Shown here in pieces: positions 47,374 to 56,199 of a stretch of DNA of 64,000 nucleotides. The stretch is from an uncultured Verrucomicrobiota bacterium (GTDB taxonomy: Bacteria; Verrucomicrobiota; Kiritimatiellia; JAAZAB01): the NCBI GenBank assembly GCA_964463985.1, contig CAYXEK010000007.1, positions 3,404 to 67,403 of the forward strand, written 5' to 3'. The stretch's first letter is position 1. The number at the start of each line of letters is the position of its first letter. Made by a program: the position numbers and the translations under genes. A model generated the notes under the pieces. That model was not told the origin of the DNA. It did no database searches and worked only from the letters and a program-made list of their open reading frames with translations.

Positions 47374-49812
47374 TTATTCGCGGATGCCGGCACGGATGCC
47401 CAGCACGGCGCGCAGGCCGGCTTGATGCGCATAGGGTCCGGCATCGCCGAATGGCGCCAGGCTGAAAATATCGGCGGGATTCTGCGTCGGCGCAGCCAGC
47501 AGGTAGCTGTAACGATATTCGCCCGCCCCGGCGGCGATCGCGGCCAGGTTCTTGATGTCATCGGCAACCGCGTCGGATACCGGCGGCGCCGCGGCGCCTG
47601 TCCGAAGCTTGTATAATTGCATCCCCAGACCGCCGAGTTCAACTTCGCCGCTGCGCGGCCGGTAAAAAGAGTCCGTCCCGCCGGCGCCGGCCAGGGCCGG
47701 CAAATGTTTCTGGAACACATCTTCCCAGGCCGCGGATCGAGGAATCCATGCCTCGCGGCCGCCGCCGCCATTGCGCACAATGGAAACCACATCGCGGGAC
47801 CAGTGCCAGGCGATGGCCATGCCCCAGCGCGGATCGTCGAAAAAGCGCGGCCGGTCAGGCTGTTCCGGCTGTTGTTCCATCGCCAAGGTCAAAGCCGCCC
47901 CCAGGAAATCATTCAGCAGGGCGTCGCCGCAATCGGTGTTGCCGGTGGCATAGGCCAGCGCCAGGAGCAGCATGTAGCGGCCGGTCCAATCAAAAAAACC
48001 TTCCGGATCGCCCTGTTCCAGGCAAACCGTCCGGGCCGCCAGCCATTCCTGGAACGCCGTCTCCGCCCAGGCGGGCGCAGCCCTTCCGGACGCTGGCAGG
48101 CAGACGGCGGCGAACTCTTCTGCGCGGTCCGCCGAGGCCACCCCCAGACTGTAATAAAGAATCATTAACCGGCGAAAGCGTTCTGCGTCCCGCACCTGCG
48201 CCGCCCGCCAACGCGCGGCGTCCCATGCCCGCCGCACGCGCCGCAGGCTGTCGGCCAGCCGGCGGCGTTCCTGCTCGGAAAACCGGATGATCTCCGTTTC
48301 CAGCCGGCGCCGGCCGACTTCCAACCCGGGGCGCACAAACGCCACGCGGATTTTATCCAGTTCGCCGGTTTCCTCGCTCGGCAACAACTCGCCCGCCGCG
48401 CCGGCAAAAACGATTTCCTCCGGATCATCGCCCCCGGGCAGCGGGCGGACAATCCGCCAGATCAGCATCAGACGCACCGCCATTCTGGGAGGAGGCTCAG
48501 GCTGGCCTTCCGGCGCCGGCTCGGACGGTCTCAAGGTACAGGTCAACGCGATTTCGGGCTGGGAGCCGGCGCCCGGCGGCGCGGCGGCAAGCCAGTCGCA
48601 TAAACGCGCCGCGGGCGGGACAGCCGCAGAGTCGCCCGGAGTCAGCATCGCCTCCAGTTCCCGCTCAAGCTCGCGCAGGCGGGCATTGCGTGCGTTTTCC
48701 TCCGGCAGGGCGGCGGCGTCCAGGGCCGCCTTGCGCCAGGCGGCGAATTCATGGCGGTAGGTCCAGACAAAGCCGAAGATGGCCGGCAGAGCGGCGGCGT
48801 CAAAGACAGCCTGTCGAGCCGCATTCGTGGGCGCCACTCTGCGCGCCTGCAAATCATTTTCCATTACCGCCAACATACGCGAACCGGCAATTTCATCCAA
48901 CGCAGCCGTCATGGCCGGTTCCGCCGCACGGCGAGTCCAGAGCGTGGATCCGATTGCCGCCAGCAGCCCGGGATGGGCTATGTTTTTCAAGGCAAACGTC
49001 CAGAGTTGATTGCGGGCGGCTGGGAAATCGGGCAACAGCCGCCGCAACTCGAAAGGCGCCGCGGCAATTTCCAATACCGGCGCCCCCAACGCCAGGGCCG
49101 TCTTGTCCGGGGAACTCACCAGGCCGGCGCGGCCCATGGCAGCGGCCAGACGGCTGTGCAAAGCCTCATCTGCCGGATCTGCGGAAGCCAGGGCGCCGGG
49201 CAATTCCGGGTCGGCATTAAACACCAGGGCTGCCAAGCCTGCTTCCGGCAGCCAATCGGGAAGGAGAGCCAGGTTGCTTAACCGGGTGTTGCCCAGGGCG
49301 GCCAGGGCCGCCGCGCCGCGCGCCAGGGGTGAATCGGCGCGCCGGAATCCCTCATGCAACCCCGCATATGCGGCGAAAAAATTATTGTAAAAAAACCAGG
49401 CCGCGGCGCTGATTCCGTCTGACGCCGACTCCAATTCCGCACCGGTCAAAAACCTGCCGGTATCCAAATCCTGGTACACTCGGGCCGTCCACCGCCGCGC
49501 CCGGGGGCGGCCGACGCCCAAGGCTTCGCGCACCGCCGCCTCGTCCACGGAGTAAAGGCCGGCCACGCGCGGCGCGCCCGCTTCCAGCAGCCGGGTGAAA
49601 GCCTTTTGCAGCGCCGCATCGCGTTCGGGATTCATGCTGAAAACCGGGGGGCAGGCGGCGCGCTCCGGCAGCCTGGCCGTAGCGGCGGAATATTCCGCCA
49701 GGCGCGTTAAATCTTCCTCCGTCCGCGGCGACTGCGCCCCCGCGGCCAGCCCCAGCGCCGTAGCCACGCAACCAACCAGAATTTGACCGTGATATTTAAA
49801 TCGCCGATTCAT
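47374..49812 (-). CDS. Hypothetical Ala-rich lipoprotein (812 aa)
   Basis: N-terminal signal with L-V-G-C lipobox (MNRRFKYHGQILVGC). No recognisable domain. Same strand as, and upstream of, the thioredoxin and aldolase genes. Confidence 0.65.
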   Translation of the reverse strand: MNRRFKYHGQILVGCVATALGLAAGAQSPRTEEDLTRLAEYSAATARLPERAACPPVFSMNPERDAALQKAFTRLLEAGAPRVAGLYSVDEAAVREALGVGRPRARRWTARVYQDLDTGRFLTGAELESASDGISAAAWFFYNNFFAAYAGLHEGFRRADSPLARGAAALAALGNTRLSNLALLPDWLPEAGLAALVFNADPELPGALASADPADEALHSRLAAAMGRAGLVSSPDKTALALGAPVLEIAAAPFELRRLLPDFPAARNQLWTFALKNIAHPGLLAAIGSTLWTRRAAEPAMTAALDEIAGSRMLAVMENDLQARRVAPTNAARQAVFDAAALPAIFGFVWTYRHEFAAWRKAALDAAALPEENARNARLRELERELEAMLTPGDSAAVPPAARLCDWLAAAPPGAGSQPEIALTCTLRPSEPAPEGQPEPPPRMAVRLMLIWRIVRPLPGGDDPEEIVFAGAAGELLPSEETGELDKIRVAFVRPGLEVGRRRLETEIIRFSEQERRRLADSLRRVRRAWDAARWRAAQVRDAERFRRLMILYYSLGVASADRAEEFAAVCLPASGRAAPAWAETAFQEWLAARTVCLEQGDPEGFFDWTGRYMLLLALAYATGNTDCGDALLNDFLGAALTLAMEQQPEQPDRPRFFDDPRWGMAIAWHWSRDVVSIVRNGGGGREAWIPRSAAWEDVFQKHLPALAGAGGTDSFYRPRSGEVELGGLGMQLYKLRTGAAAPPVSDAVADDIKNLAAIAAGAGEYRYSYLLAAPTQNPADIFSLAPFGDAGPYAHQAGLRAVLGIRAGIRE

Positions 49813-49858
49813 TGAAAAACAATTATGCGCGCGGCCCGGCTGGAATGCAACACCGTTT

Positions 49859-51130
49859 TCATTGGGCGGGCGCCGGGTCGGCTGTGCGCCGGCGGCACAA
49901 ATTGTCCCGGCGATACCGGGCGGGGGTCACCCCGGCCACGCGCTTAAACTGCTTGATGAAATAACTCTGGTCGCAAAACCCCGTGGCATAAGCGATTTCC
50001 GGACATGGCTGGTCGGTCTGCTCCAGCAACTGCATCGCCTGGCGCACCCGGCGCTGGGTCAAGTGCTGCAAAAAAGTCCTGCCGGTGCGCTGCTTCAGCA
50101 GGTGGCTGACATGGAAAACGCTCAAGCCCGCGGCGGCGGCGGTTTCCGCCAACGACAAGTTGCGCTGATAATGCCGGTTGATATGATCCAGCACCCGCAG
50201 CAAGGCCGGATGCCCGACGCCGTGGCTGCGGGAATAGATGCCGTCCATAAACGCGTCTAAAGCCTGCATCAAAACATGCGCCAGAGTTTCAAAGTCGCGC
50301 GCGGCGATTAACTTGCGCATCCATTGGTGGTTTTGCTCAAGGAGCGGCTCCATTTGCGCGTTATCTTCCACCGCCGCCCGCGTCAGGTAGCCCATCATCT
50401 CAATCGCCCGCGCGCGCAGCACCACCAGCTTGGGCGATGAAAGAAACATCACGCCCAGCGTCTCGTTCAGCACGCGGCGGGCGCCATTGCGGTCTCCGGA
50501 TTTAATGAGGGACAATAACAGGCGTTCCTTGTCCACCGGATAATGCGTCGGCGCAACCGCTCCGCGCTTGCGCTGTTCGTCCATGGCCTCGGCAATCTGG
50601 CGCTGCTGCACGGCTTTCCGGCGATTTTCGTCCAACAATTCAGGCTGCCAGCCGCTGATCTGGTAAAAAACTTCTGAAAGCGACCAGGCTGCCGCGCGGA
50701 TGCGCGCCGACGGCCAGAGCCGCAATCGCGCCACATAACGCCGGGCAGCCTCCGGCGCCGCTCCCTGGCGCAGCAAATCACGCAGCGCTTCCTCGTCCGC
50801 CCCTGCATGCGCCAGAACCTCGCCGCCCAGTATTCCGCCCGCCAGTTCCCGGCGGTTCACCAGCGCCACAATCCAACTGATAATGCCGCCGGCGCGGTAA
50901 AACACATACGGTTCGCCCCATTGCAGGGCTTCCTGCAGGCAACAGGCCAGAGCATCGTGATAAGGGGGCAAGCCCGGCAACTGGCCGGCCAAGCGCCCCG
51001 ATAAAAGCGGATGTCCATCCACTCCCACCGGCACCGCATGCAGCCTGAAATTACGATAATAATCCCGGCACACCGCCGCCAAAACGCGCCGCGCCGGGGT
51101 AAAAAGTTGTTTTTTCACAAATCCTCCCAT
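49859..51130 (-). CDS. AraC-family transcriptional regulator
   Basis: C-terminal dual HTH (LSLAETAAAAGLSVFHVSHLLKQRTG...IAYATGFCDQSYFIKQFKRVAGVTPARYRR). Divergent from the corrinoid-protein gene. Confidence 0.85.
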   Translation of the reverse strand: MGGFVKKQLFTPARRVLAAVCRDYYRNFRLHAVPVGVDGHPLLSGRLAGQLPGLPPYHDALACCLQEALQWGEPYVFYRAGGIISWIVALVNRRELAGGILGGEVLAHAGADEEALRDLLRQGAAPEAARRYVARLRLWPSARIRAAAWSLSEVFYQISGWQPELLDENRRKAVQQRQIAEAMDEQRKRGAVAPTHYPVDKERLLLSLIKSGDRNGARRVLNETLGVMFLSSPKLVVLRARAIEMMGYLTRAAVEDNAQMEPLLEQNHQWMRKLIAARDFETLAHVLMQALDAFMDGIYSRSHGVGHPALLRVLDHINRHYQRNLSLAETAAAAGLSVFHVSHLLKQRTGRTFLQHLTQRRVRQAMQLLEQTDQPCPEIAYATGFCDQSYFIKQFKRVAGVTPARYRRDNLCRRRTADPAPAQ

Positions 51131-51348
51131 AAAACAGCAAGATTGTTATAAAAAAAACTGTTTTTGTCTATACCAAATTAACCGGATAAGCTTTAATGCG
51201 CGCCAGTTTGGTTTGTTTGGTTGTCTGACGGAATTGGCGGAAGCGGCCAACCGCCCACCGCCGGGCGGCGAAACTCAATCATAAAATGCGCAATCGCGCA
51301 GTCGGGCAGCCATTGCGGCGCAAAAAAAGCGACAGGAAAGGACAGTAC

Positions 51349-51987
51349 ATGAGCAGCACTTTGGAACAAATCACGGAAAATCTGATCAAGGGCAAGGCTA
51401 ACGATGTCAAGGCGCTGGTGCAAAAAGCGCTGGACGAAAAAGCCAGCCCCGCCGACATTCTGAACAAGGGATTGCTTGCGGGCATGAGCGTGATCGGCGA
51501 GCGTTTTAAAAACAACGAAGTTTACGTGCCGGAGGTTTTGATTGCGGCGCGCGCGATGAAGGCGGGCATGGAAATTCTGAAACCTCTGCTGGCATCGGCA
51601 GGCGTCGAGCCGCTGGGAACGGTGGTGGTGGGGACGGTCAAGGGCGACCTGCATGATATCGGCAAGAATCTGGTTTGCATGATGCTGGAGGGCGCCGGCT
51701 TCAAAGTCGTGGATGCCGGCATCAATGTCGAGCCGGCTAAAATGGTGGAACTGGCCAAGGAAAACAACGCCGCCGTAATCGGCGCTTCCGCGCTGCTGAC
51801 CACCACGATGGTGAACATGAAAAACGTGGTGGAAAGCGTCAAGTCCGCCGGGCTGTCAGGCAAGATCAAGGTCATGATCGGCGGCGCGCCGGTTACCCAG
51901 GCTTTTGCCGACGAAATCGGCGCGGACGGCTATGCTCCGGACGCCGCCTCAGCCGCCGACCTGGCCAAAACTCTGCTTAAGCAATAA
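51349..51987 (+). CDS. Cobalamin-binding corrinoid protein (MtaC/MtbC-type)
   Basis: B12-binding_2 cap domain plus Rossmann B12 domain with DxHxxG (GDLHDIGKNLV) and AVIGASALLTTTM / VMIGGAPV motifs. ATG 51349 after GGAAAGGACAG. Confidence 0.9.
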   Translation: MSSTLEQITENLIKGKANDVKALVQKALDEKASPADILNKGLLAGMSVIGERFKNNEVYVPEVLIAARAMKAGMEILKPLLASAGVEPLGTVVVGTVKGDLHDIGKNLVCMMLEGAGFKVVDAGINVEPAKMVELAKENNAAVIGASALLTTTMVNMKNVVESVKSAGLSGKIKVMIGGAPVTQAFADEIGADGYAPDAASAADLAKTLLKQ

Positions 51988-52011
51988 CCAGCGGAACCGC
52001 GGCAAAACACA

Positions 52012-52056
52012 GGGCGCTTGTTCCGCCGTCCAGGCGGGCAGGCGCCCTTTTTTTTA
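52012..52056 (+). terminator. Rho-independent terminator for the corrinoid-protein gene
   Basis: GGGCGC...GGCGCCC stem with inner CCGCC/GGCGG, followed by T8 (52048-52055). Overlaps the stop codon of the convergent GH29 gene. Confidence 0.55.
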
Positions 52057-53412
52057 ACGGGCCTGACCGTCCAACCAGACGGATTCGCCGCGCCGTCGCG
52101 CCCAGGGCACGTAACACAGGGGATGGTCGCTCCACAGGGGCGATTTGCCGACGGACGGATTCACCGCCGGCGGCGCATCGCATTCGAGCCTGATCACCGG
52201 GAACAGCATTTGCTCCATTTGCGGCGGCAATCCGTTGATCGTCAATTCCCAATCATTCTGGCTGACGGATAACGGGTAATCCGACCCCAGCAACGCGGCC
52301 CGCCGTACCCGGGTTTGCAGCCAGGTTAGACGCAGCGACGGCCGCCGGTCCCAGAAACGGAGAATCAAGTACAGGTTGTTGCCGCGACAGGACAGGCGTC
52401 CCAGCGTAACGACGTCCGGCAATTCCCGAGTTTCCGTGCCGTAAACGGCTTCGCCGTTGATCCGCAGCCAATCGCCAATCACCCCGGCGCGCTCGACAAA
52501 TGCCGGCGGCATCGCGCCGTCGGCGTCCGGCCCGACATTCAGCAGCAGATTCCCGCCCTGGCTGGCGGCTTCCACCAGCATGTCGAGCAGCAAGTCCGCC
52601 GGGCGCCAATGCTCGCCGACCGTGTACCCCCACAGGCGCCAGGTGCTGACCTGGCAGGACTCCCACAGGCGGTCCGGCTCGGCCTTGATGTGCTGTTCCG
52701 GGGTGCCGAAATCGCCGAGTTCCCGGGAATGCCCGGCGTCTTCCAGCATGTTCTGGTAGTGATCCGGTCCTGCAGGCTTGACCGCGGGCTTGCCGAGCCG
52801 GTTGTTGATCAGAATTTCCGGCTGCAGGCCGCGCATCATGCGCACCAGTTCCTCCGAACGCCAATCCTCGCGGGTGCGCGGCCAGGAACCATCGAACCAG
52901 ATCACGTCAATCTTGCCGTAATTGGTCAGCAACTCGCGCACCTGGCCGTGCGCGTATTCGCAAAACGTGCGCCAGCCGTCCGGGTTGATATCCGGCCCTT
53001 CCAGGTAAGCCGGCACGCGGAAATCCGCGAGCGAATAATACAAGCCCACCCGCAGGCCGGCGGCGCGGAAGGCCTCCACGTACTCGGCCACGAAATCGCG
53101 CTTAGCCGCCTGCGCCACGCTGGTGTAATCCGTCAGCCGCGAATTCCACAGGCAATAACCGTCATGGTGCCGGGTGGTCAACACCGCGTAGCGGAATCCG
53201 CCGGCGACGGCGATTTCCGCCCAGCGCCGCGCGTCGAACTTTTGCGGCTGCCAGCGGCAGGCAGCCGCGGCGTATTCCCTCTGATCCAGCCATTCGCGGA
53301 TCAGGACCTGCTCGCCACGCCCCACCTGCGCGTAGGGCCCCCAGTGGATGAACATCCCGAAGCGCGCCGCGGGAAACCAGCGCCATTTTTCCGGGATACT
53401 GATGTTGGACAT
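52054..53412 (-). CDS. Alpha-L-fucosidase, glycoside hydrolase family 29
   Basis: FGMFIHWGPYA and TTRHHDGYCLWNS catalytic-region signatures. ATG at 53412. Confidence 0.9.
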   Translation of the reverse strand: MSNISIPEKWRWFPAARFGMFIHWGPYAQVGRGEQVLIREWLDQREYAAAACRWQPQKFDARRWAEIAVAGGFRYAVLTTRHHDGYCLWNSRLTDYTSVAQAAKRDFVAEYVEAFRAAGLRVGLYYSLADFRVPAYLEGPDINPDGWRTFCEYAHGQVRELLTNYGKIDVIWFDGSWPRTREDWRSEELVRMMRGLQPEILINNRLGKPAVKPAGPDHYQNMLEDAGHSRELGDFGTPEQHIKAEPDRLWESCQVSTWRLWGYTVGEHWRPADLLLDMLVEAASQGGNLLLNVGPDADGAMPPAFVERAGVIGDWLRINGEAVYGTETRELPDVVTLGRLSCRGNNLYLILRFWDRRPSLRLTWLQTRVRRAALLGSDYPLSVSQNDWELTINGLPPQMEQMLFPVIRLECDAPPAVNPSVGKSPLWSDHPLCYVPWARRRGESVWLDGQAR

Positions 53413-53445
53413 GATTGATTCCCTTCTCAGATGAGCCATTTGCAT

Positions 53446-53552
53446 AAGTCTCGGTCAACGAAGAAGTCGTCCCTCCAAAATGGAAAAACAACCCGTTTTT
53501 GGAGGGTCGGGTTCCACCCCGACCTTGTGGCAAGGGTTTTTGAAATTTGTTC
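53446..53552. mobile_element. MITE-like element copy D (reverse orientation, one terminus truncated)
   Basis: Matches the reverse complement of copy C over aagtctcgg...cgtccctccaaaatggaaaaacaacccgtttttggagggtcgggtt(c)caccccgacc...tttttgaaatt. Lies 34 nt upstream of the GH29 start codon. Confidence 0.65.
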
Positions 53553-53603
53553 AGATGTAATAATTACCCGGTCCAAAGCTTGGCAAACGTGCGCGCAGCC
53601 GGT

Positions 53604-54686
53604 TCAATACCGCGCCAGTTCCAGACCGCGATCGCGGAAATAGATGAAAGTTTCGTAATCAACTTCGGGCGGGGTCGAGTGGTCGGTAGACAGAATATAG
53701 GGGGTCCGGGTGGCCATTAACGGCAAAATCTTTTTGCGCAATTCGGCGTCAATCCGCGCGCGATCATTGGATATCAGCTCGCGGATGTCAATATTGCCCA
53801 TGAATCCCAGGCGGTCGCCGTACAACTTGTTCAACCGCACCATGTCCATGCCGGCCTTGACCTCCATCGCCTGCAGCATGTCGATGCCGGCCTCGATCAT
53901 GCCAGGCACGAGCGGCTCGACGAACCCGCAGGAATGCATGATCACGCGCATGCCGCGCTGGTGCGCCCAGGCGATGGTGCGTTTATGCGCGGGCATGATC
54001 AATTCCCGGTACATTGCCGGCGACATGAATGGCTTTTCCTTGAATCCCATGTCTTCCCAGAACCAGATGCCGTCCGGCAGACCCTCCTCGGCAAACAGCA
54101 TTTCCCAGAGGTTAATGGTCATTTCGGCATAAAAGGAAGCCATTTCCAGCACCCACTCCGGATCGAGCGCCATGCCGACCAGAAGGTGTTCATGTCCGCA
54201 GACCGGGTGGAGCTGCTCGAAAACATTCGTGCCGAACCACATGAAAAAACGGTTTTTGTCGGCCGCCGCCTGGCGGGCCAAACGGTAGGCTTCAAAATTC
54301 ACCCGGCGCCGGTCGGGCTTTAAAAACGGCTTGATATGCTGTTCCCAGCCCGCGCGATCCCGCACCAGGAAGTCCACATGCTCCGGCGTGCCGGACTTGG
54401 CTTTCCACTGGCGTAAGACTGCGCCGTTGCCGTCGCGCACGAGCTTGGTGTCGGCGTCCTCCTCCAAAATCGTTGGGGGAACGTCAAGATTGGCGATCAT
54501 GTTAAAGCCGCCGGACCCGACAATATCCATATTGAAAAACTCGCTCAATCCCTTAGGCGGGAGATGCCCCTCGGCTGTCCAGCGCCGGGTGGTTTCTCCC
54601 CAGAAAGACTCGCTGAAGGCGGCGCGATCGGCCGGCCGCCGTTCCAGCAAATTGCCTACGCGTTCCCGTGAAGTCATTTCCGGCAT
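53604..54686 (-). CDS. Uroporphyrinogen decarboxylase (URO-D/MtaA) family protein, paralog 3
   Basis: Family-typical C-terminal half (RVIMHSCGFVEPLVPGMIEAGIDMLQ...GDRLGFMGNID). Confidence 0.8.
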   Translation of the reverse strand: MPEMTSRERVGNLLERRPADRAAFSESFWGETTRRWTAEGHLPPKGLSEFFNMDIVGSGGFNMIANLDVPPTILEEDADTKLVRDGNGAVLRQWKAKSGTPEHVDFLVRDRAGWEQHIKPFLKPDRRRVNFEAYRLARQAAADKNRFFMWFGTNVFEQLHPVCGHEHLLVGMALDPEWVLEMASFYAEMTINLWEMLFAEEGLPDGIWFWEDMGFKEKPFMSPAMYRELIMPAHKRTIAWAHQRGMRVIMHSCGFVEPLVPGMIEAGIDMLQAMEVKAGMDMVRLNKLYGDRLGFMGNIDIRELISNDRARIDAELRKKILPLMATRTPYILSTDHSTPPEVDYETFIYFRDRGLELARY

Positions 54687-54745
54687 GGCCTGATTCTCCT
54701 TGATTAAACGAAATTCATTACGAGGTTTTGACCGGGCATTGAAAC

Positions 54746-55753
54746 CTAGACATGAAGTTCCGCCACCGTAAAACCGGCGGCCGCCAGCATGGCCAGGTCG
54801 GCGGCGTGACCCTGTCCGGGCGTAGTCAGGTAATCGTTGGTAAACATCGAGTTGGCGGCATAGAGGGCCAGCGGCTGCATCGGCCCCAGAACCGCCTCGC
54901 GCCCGCCGGCAATCCGGATTTCGCGGTCCGGCAAAACGAACCGGAACATCGCCAGAATCCGCAATCCTTCCATGGGCGACAGGCGCGGCCGGCCGGCCAA
55001 CCGGGTGCCGGCGCGCGGGTCAAGCAGGTTGACGGGCACGGAATCGGCGTCAATTTCACGCAAGGCGAATGCCAGTTCCACGCGGTCGGCCGGCGTTTCC
55101 CCCATGCCCAGCAATCCGCCGCTGCATAATTCCATCCCGGCGCGCTTGGCGGCCCGCGCAGAAGCCACGCGGTCGTCATAAGTATGAGTTCGACAGATTT
55201 CCGGGTAAAACCGGCGGGATGTTTCAAGGTTATGGTTATAGCGATCCACGCCCGCCGCTTTCAGACGCCGGGCCTGGACGTCATCCAGCAATCCCATCGA
55301 GGTGCAGACCTGCAAATGCGGGTGCCGGCGCTTGATCAGACTGGCGGCGGCGCAGATGTTCTGCAGGGCGGCTTCGTCCGGCCCGCGGCCGCTGAGCACG
55401 ATGCAATAACGCACCGCCCGGGCCTGCACGGCAGATTCCGCGCCGGCGGCGATTTCCTCCGCCGATTGCAACGGGTATTGCGGCGCGCCGGAAATTGCCG
55501 CCGCGCTCTGGCTGCAGTAAGCGCAGTCTTCCGAACACAATCCGCTCTTGGCGTTATGTAACAGGTGCAGGCGGACGCCCCGGCCGAAATATTTTTTGCG
55601 GATGGCAAATGCGGCGGACAGCAAGTCCAGCAGGTTGTCATCCGGCGTATCCAGGATGGACAGGGCCGCGGGACGTTCAACGGACTCCCCTGCCAGCACG
55701 CGCGCGCTTAAAGCGCGCCAATCAGATTCAGGCTTTGCGGTTGCAATTGACAT
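54746..55753 (-). CDS. bioB: Biotin synthase
   Basis: CSEDCAYCSQS radical-SAM motif and YNHNLETS. Start at the internal ATG 55753. The track ORF extends to 56194 only because it reads through an upstream tandem repeat. Confidence 0.9.
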   Translation of the reverse strand: MSIATAKPESDWRALSARVLAGESVERPAALSILDTPDDNLLDLLSAAFAIRKKYFGRGVRLHLLHNAKSGLCSEDCAYCSQSAAAISGAPQYPLQSAEEIAAGAESAVQARAVRYCIVLSGRGPDEAALQNICAAASLIKRRHPHLQVCTSMGLLDDVQARRLKAAGVDRYNHNLETSRRFYPEICRTHTYDDRVASARAAKRAGMELCSGGLLGMGETPADRVELAFALREIDADSVPVNLLDPRAGTRLAGRPRLSPMEGLRILAMFRFVLPDREIRIAGGREAVLGPMQPLALYAANSMFTNDYLTTPGQGHAADLAMLAAAGFTVAELHV

Positions 55754-55972
55754 GCGGATGGGGATACCCTGTTTTGCGCAGGATGTCAAGGTAGAATTCG
55801 CCCCGCCCCACCCGCGGGGGCGCATCTGCGATTCGTTGCAGGCAAGCAGGCACCGGCAATGCGATTGATTGCTTGCGTACAGTTTTTGGCCGCGCAGCGG
55901 TTTTGGAGTGCGCAGGCTCGACTGCGCTTTTATAGGGTTGCGTTTAACCCGCAAGACCTGAAGCCGTAGCAG

Positions 55973-56099
55973 AAAAGCGGCGTCAAACCGCCGCAGTCCA
56001 AAGCAGCTTTCCTGCGCAAAAGCGGCGTCAAACCGCCGCAGTCCAAAGCAGCTTCGCCGCGCAAGAGCGGCGTCAATCCCTGCGGAACAGACTTGCGCC
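55973..56099. repeat. 45-bp tandem repeat (2 perfect + 1 degenerate unit) containing hairpin gcggcg-tcaaac-cgccgc
   Basis: aaaagcggcgtcaaaccgccgcagtccaaagcagctt at 55973-56009 and 56018-56054 (37/37 identical), separated by 8-nt linkers (tcctgcgc / cgccgcgc). Degenerate third unit at 56063-56099. Intergenic between bioB and the CPA2 gene. Confidence 0.8.
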
Positions 56100-56127
56100 C
56101 GAGCAAGTCTGGCTAAAGTCAACAACC

Positions 56128-56156
56128 TTGACATCCGGCTGCCGGCATTTATAATG
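56128..56156 (+). promoter_or_regulatory. Consensus sigma70 promoter for the CPA2 antiporter gene
   Basis: TTGACA (56128-56133), 16-nt spacer, TATAAT (56150-56155). ATG at 56200. Confidence 0.6.
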
Positions 56157-56199
56157 CTGGCGCTGTTTTGGATGCTGCTGGCAGAGGCAAACATTTTCC

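Noticed and set aside
51131-51348. Possible cobalamin riboswitch upstream of the corrinoid-protein gene
   Set aside because: No B12-box (GCCACTG-like) and no recognisable riboswitch stem architecture. The region looks like a divergent promoter pair.
55973-56099. Possible mini-CRISPR array
   Set aside because: Only 2.5 units with 8-nt linkers instead of 25-40-nt spacers, and no cas genes.
55754-56194. N-terminal 147-aa extension of the bioB ORF
   Set aside because: The extension is the translation of the 45-bp tandem repeat (SCFGLRRFDAAF twice). BioB homology starts at the internal Met (55753).
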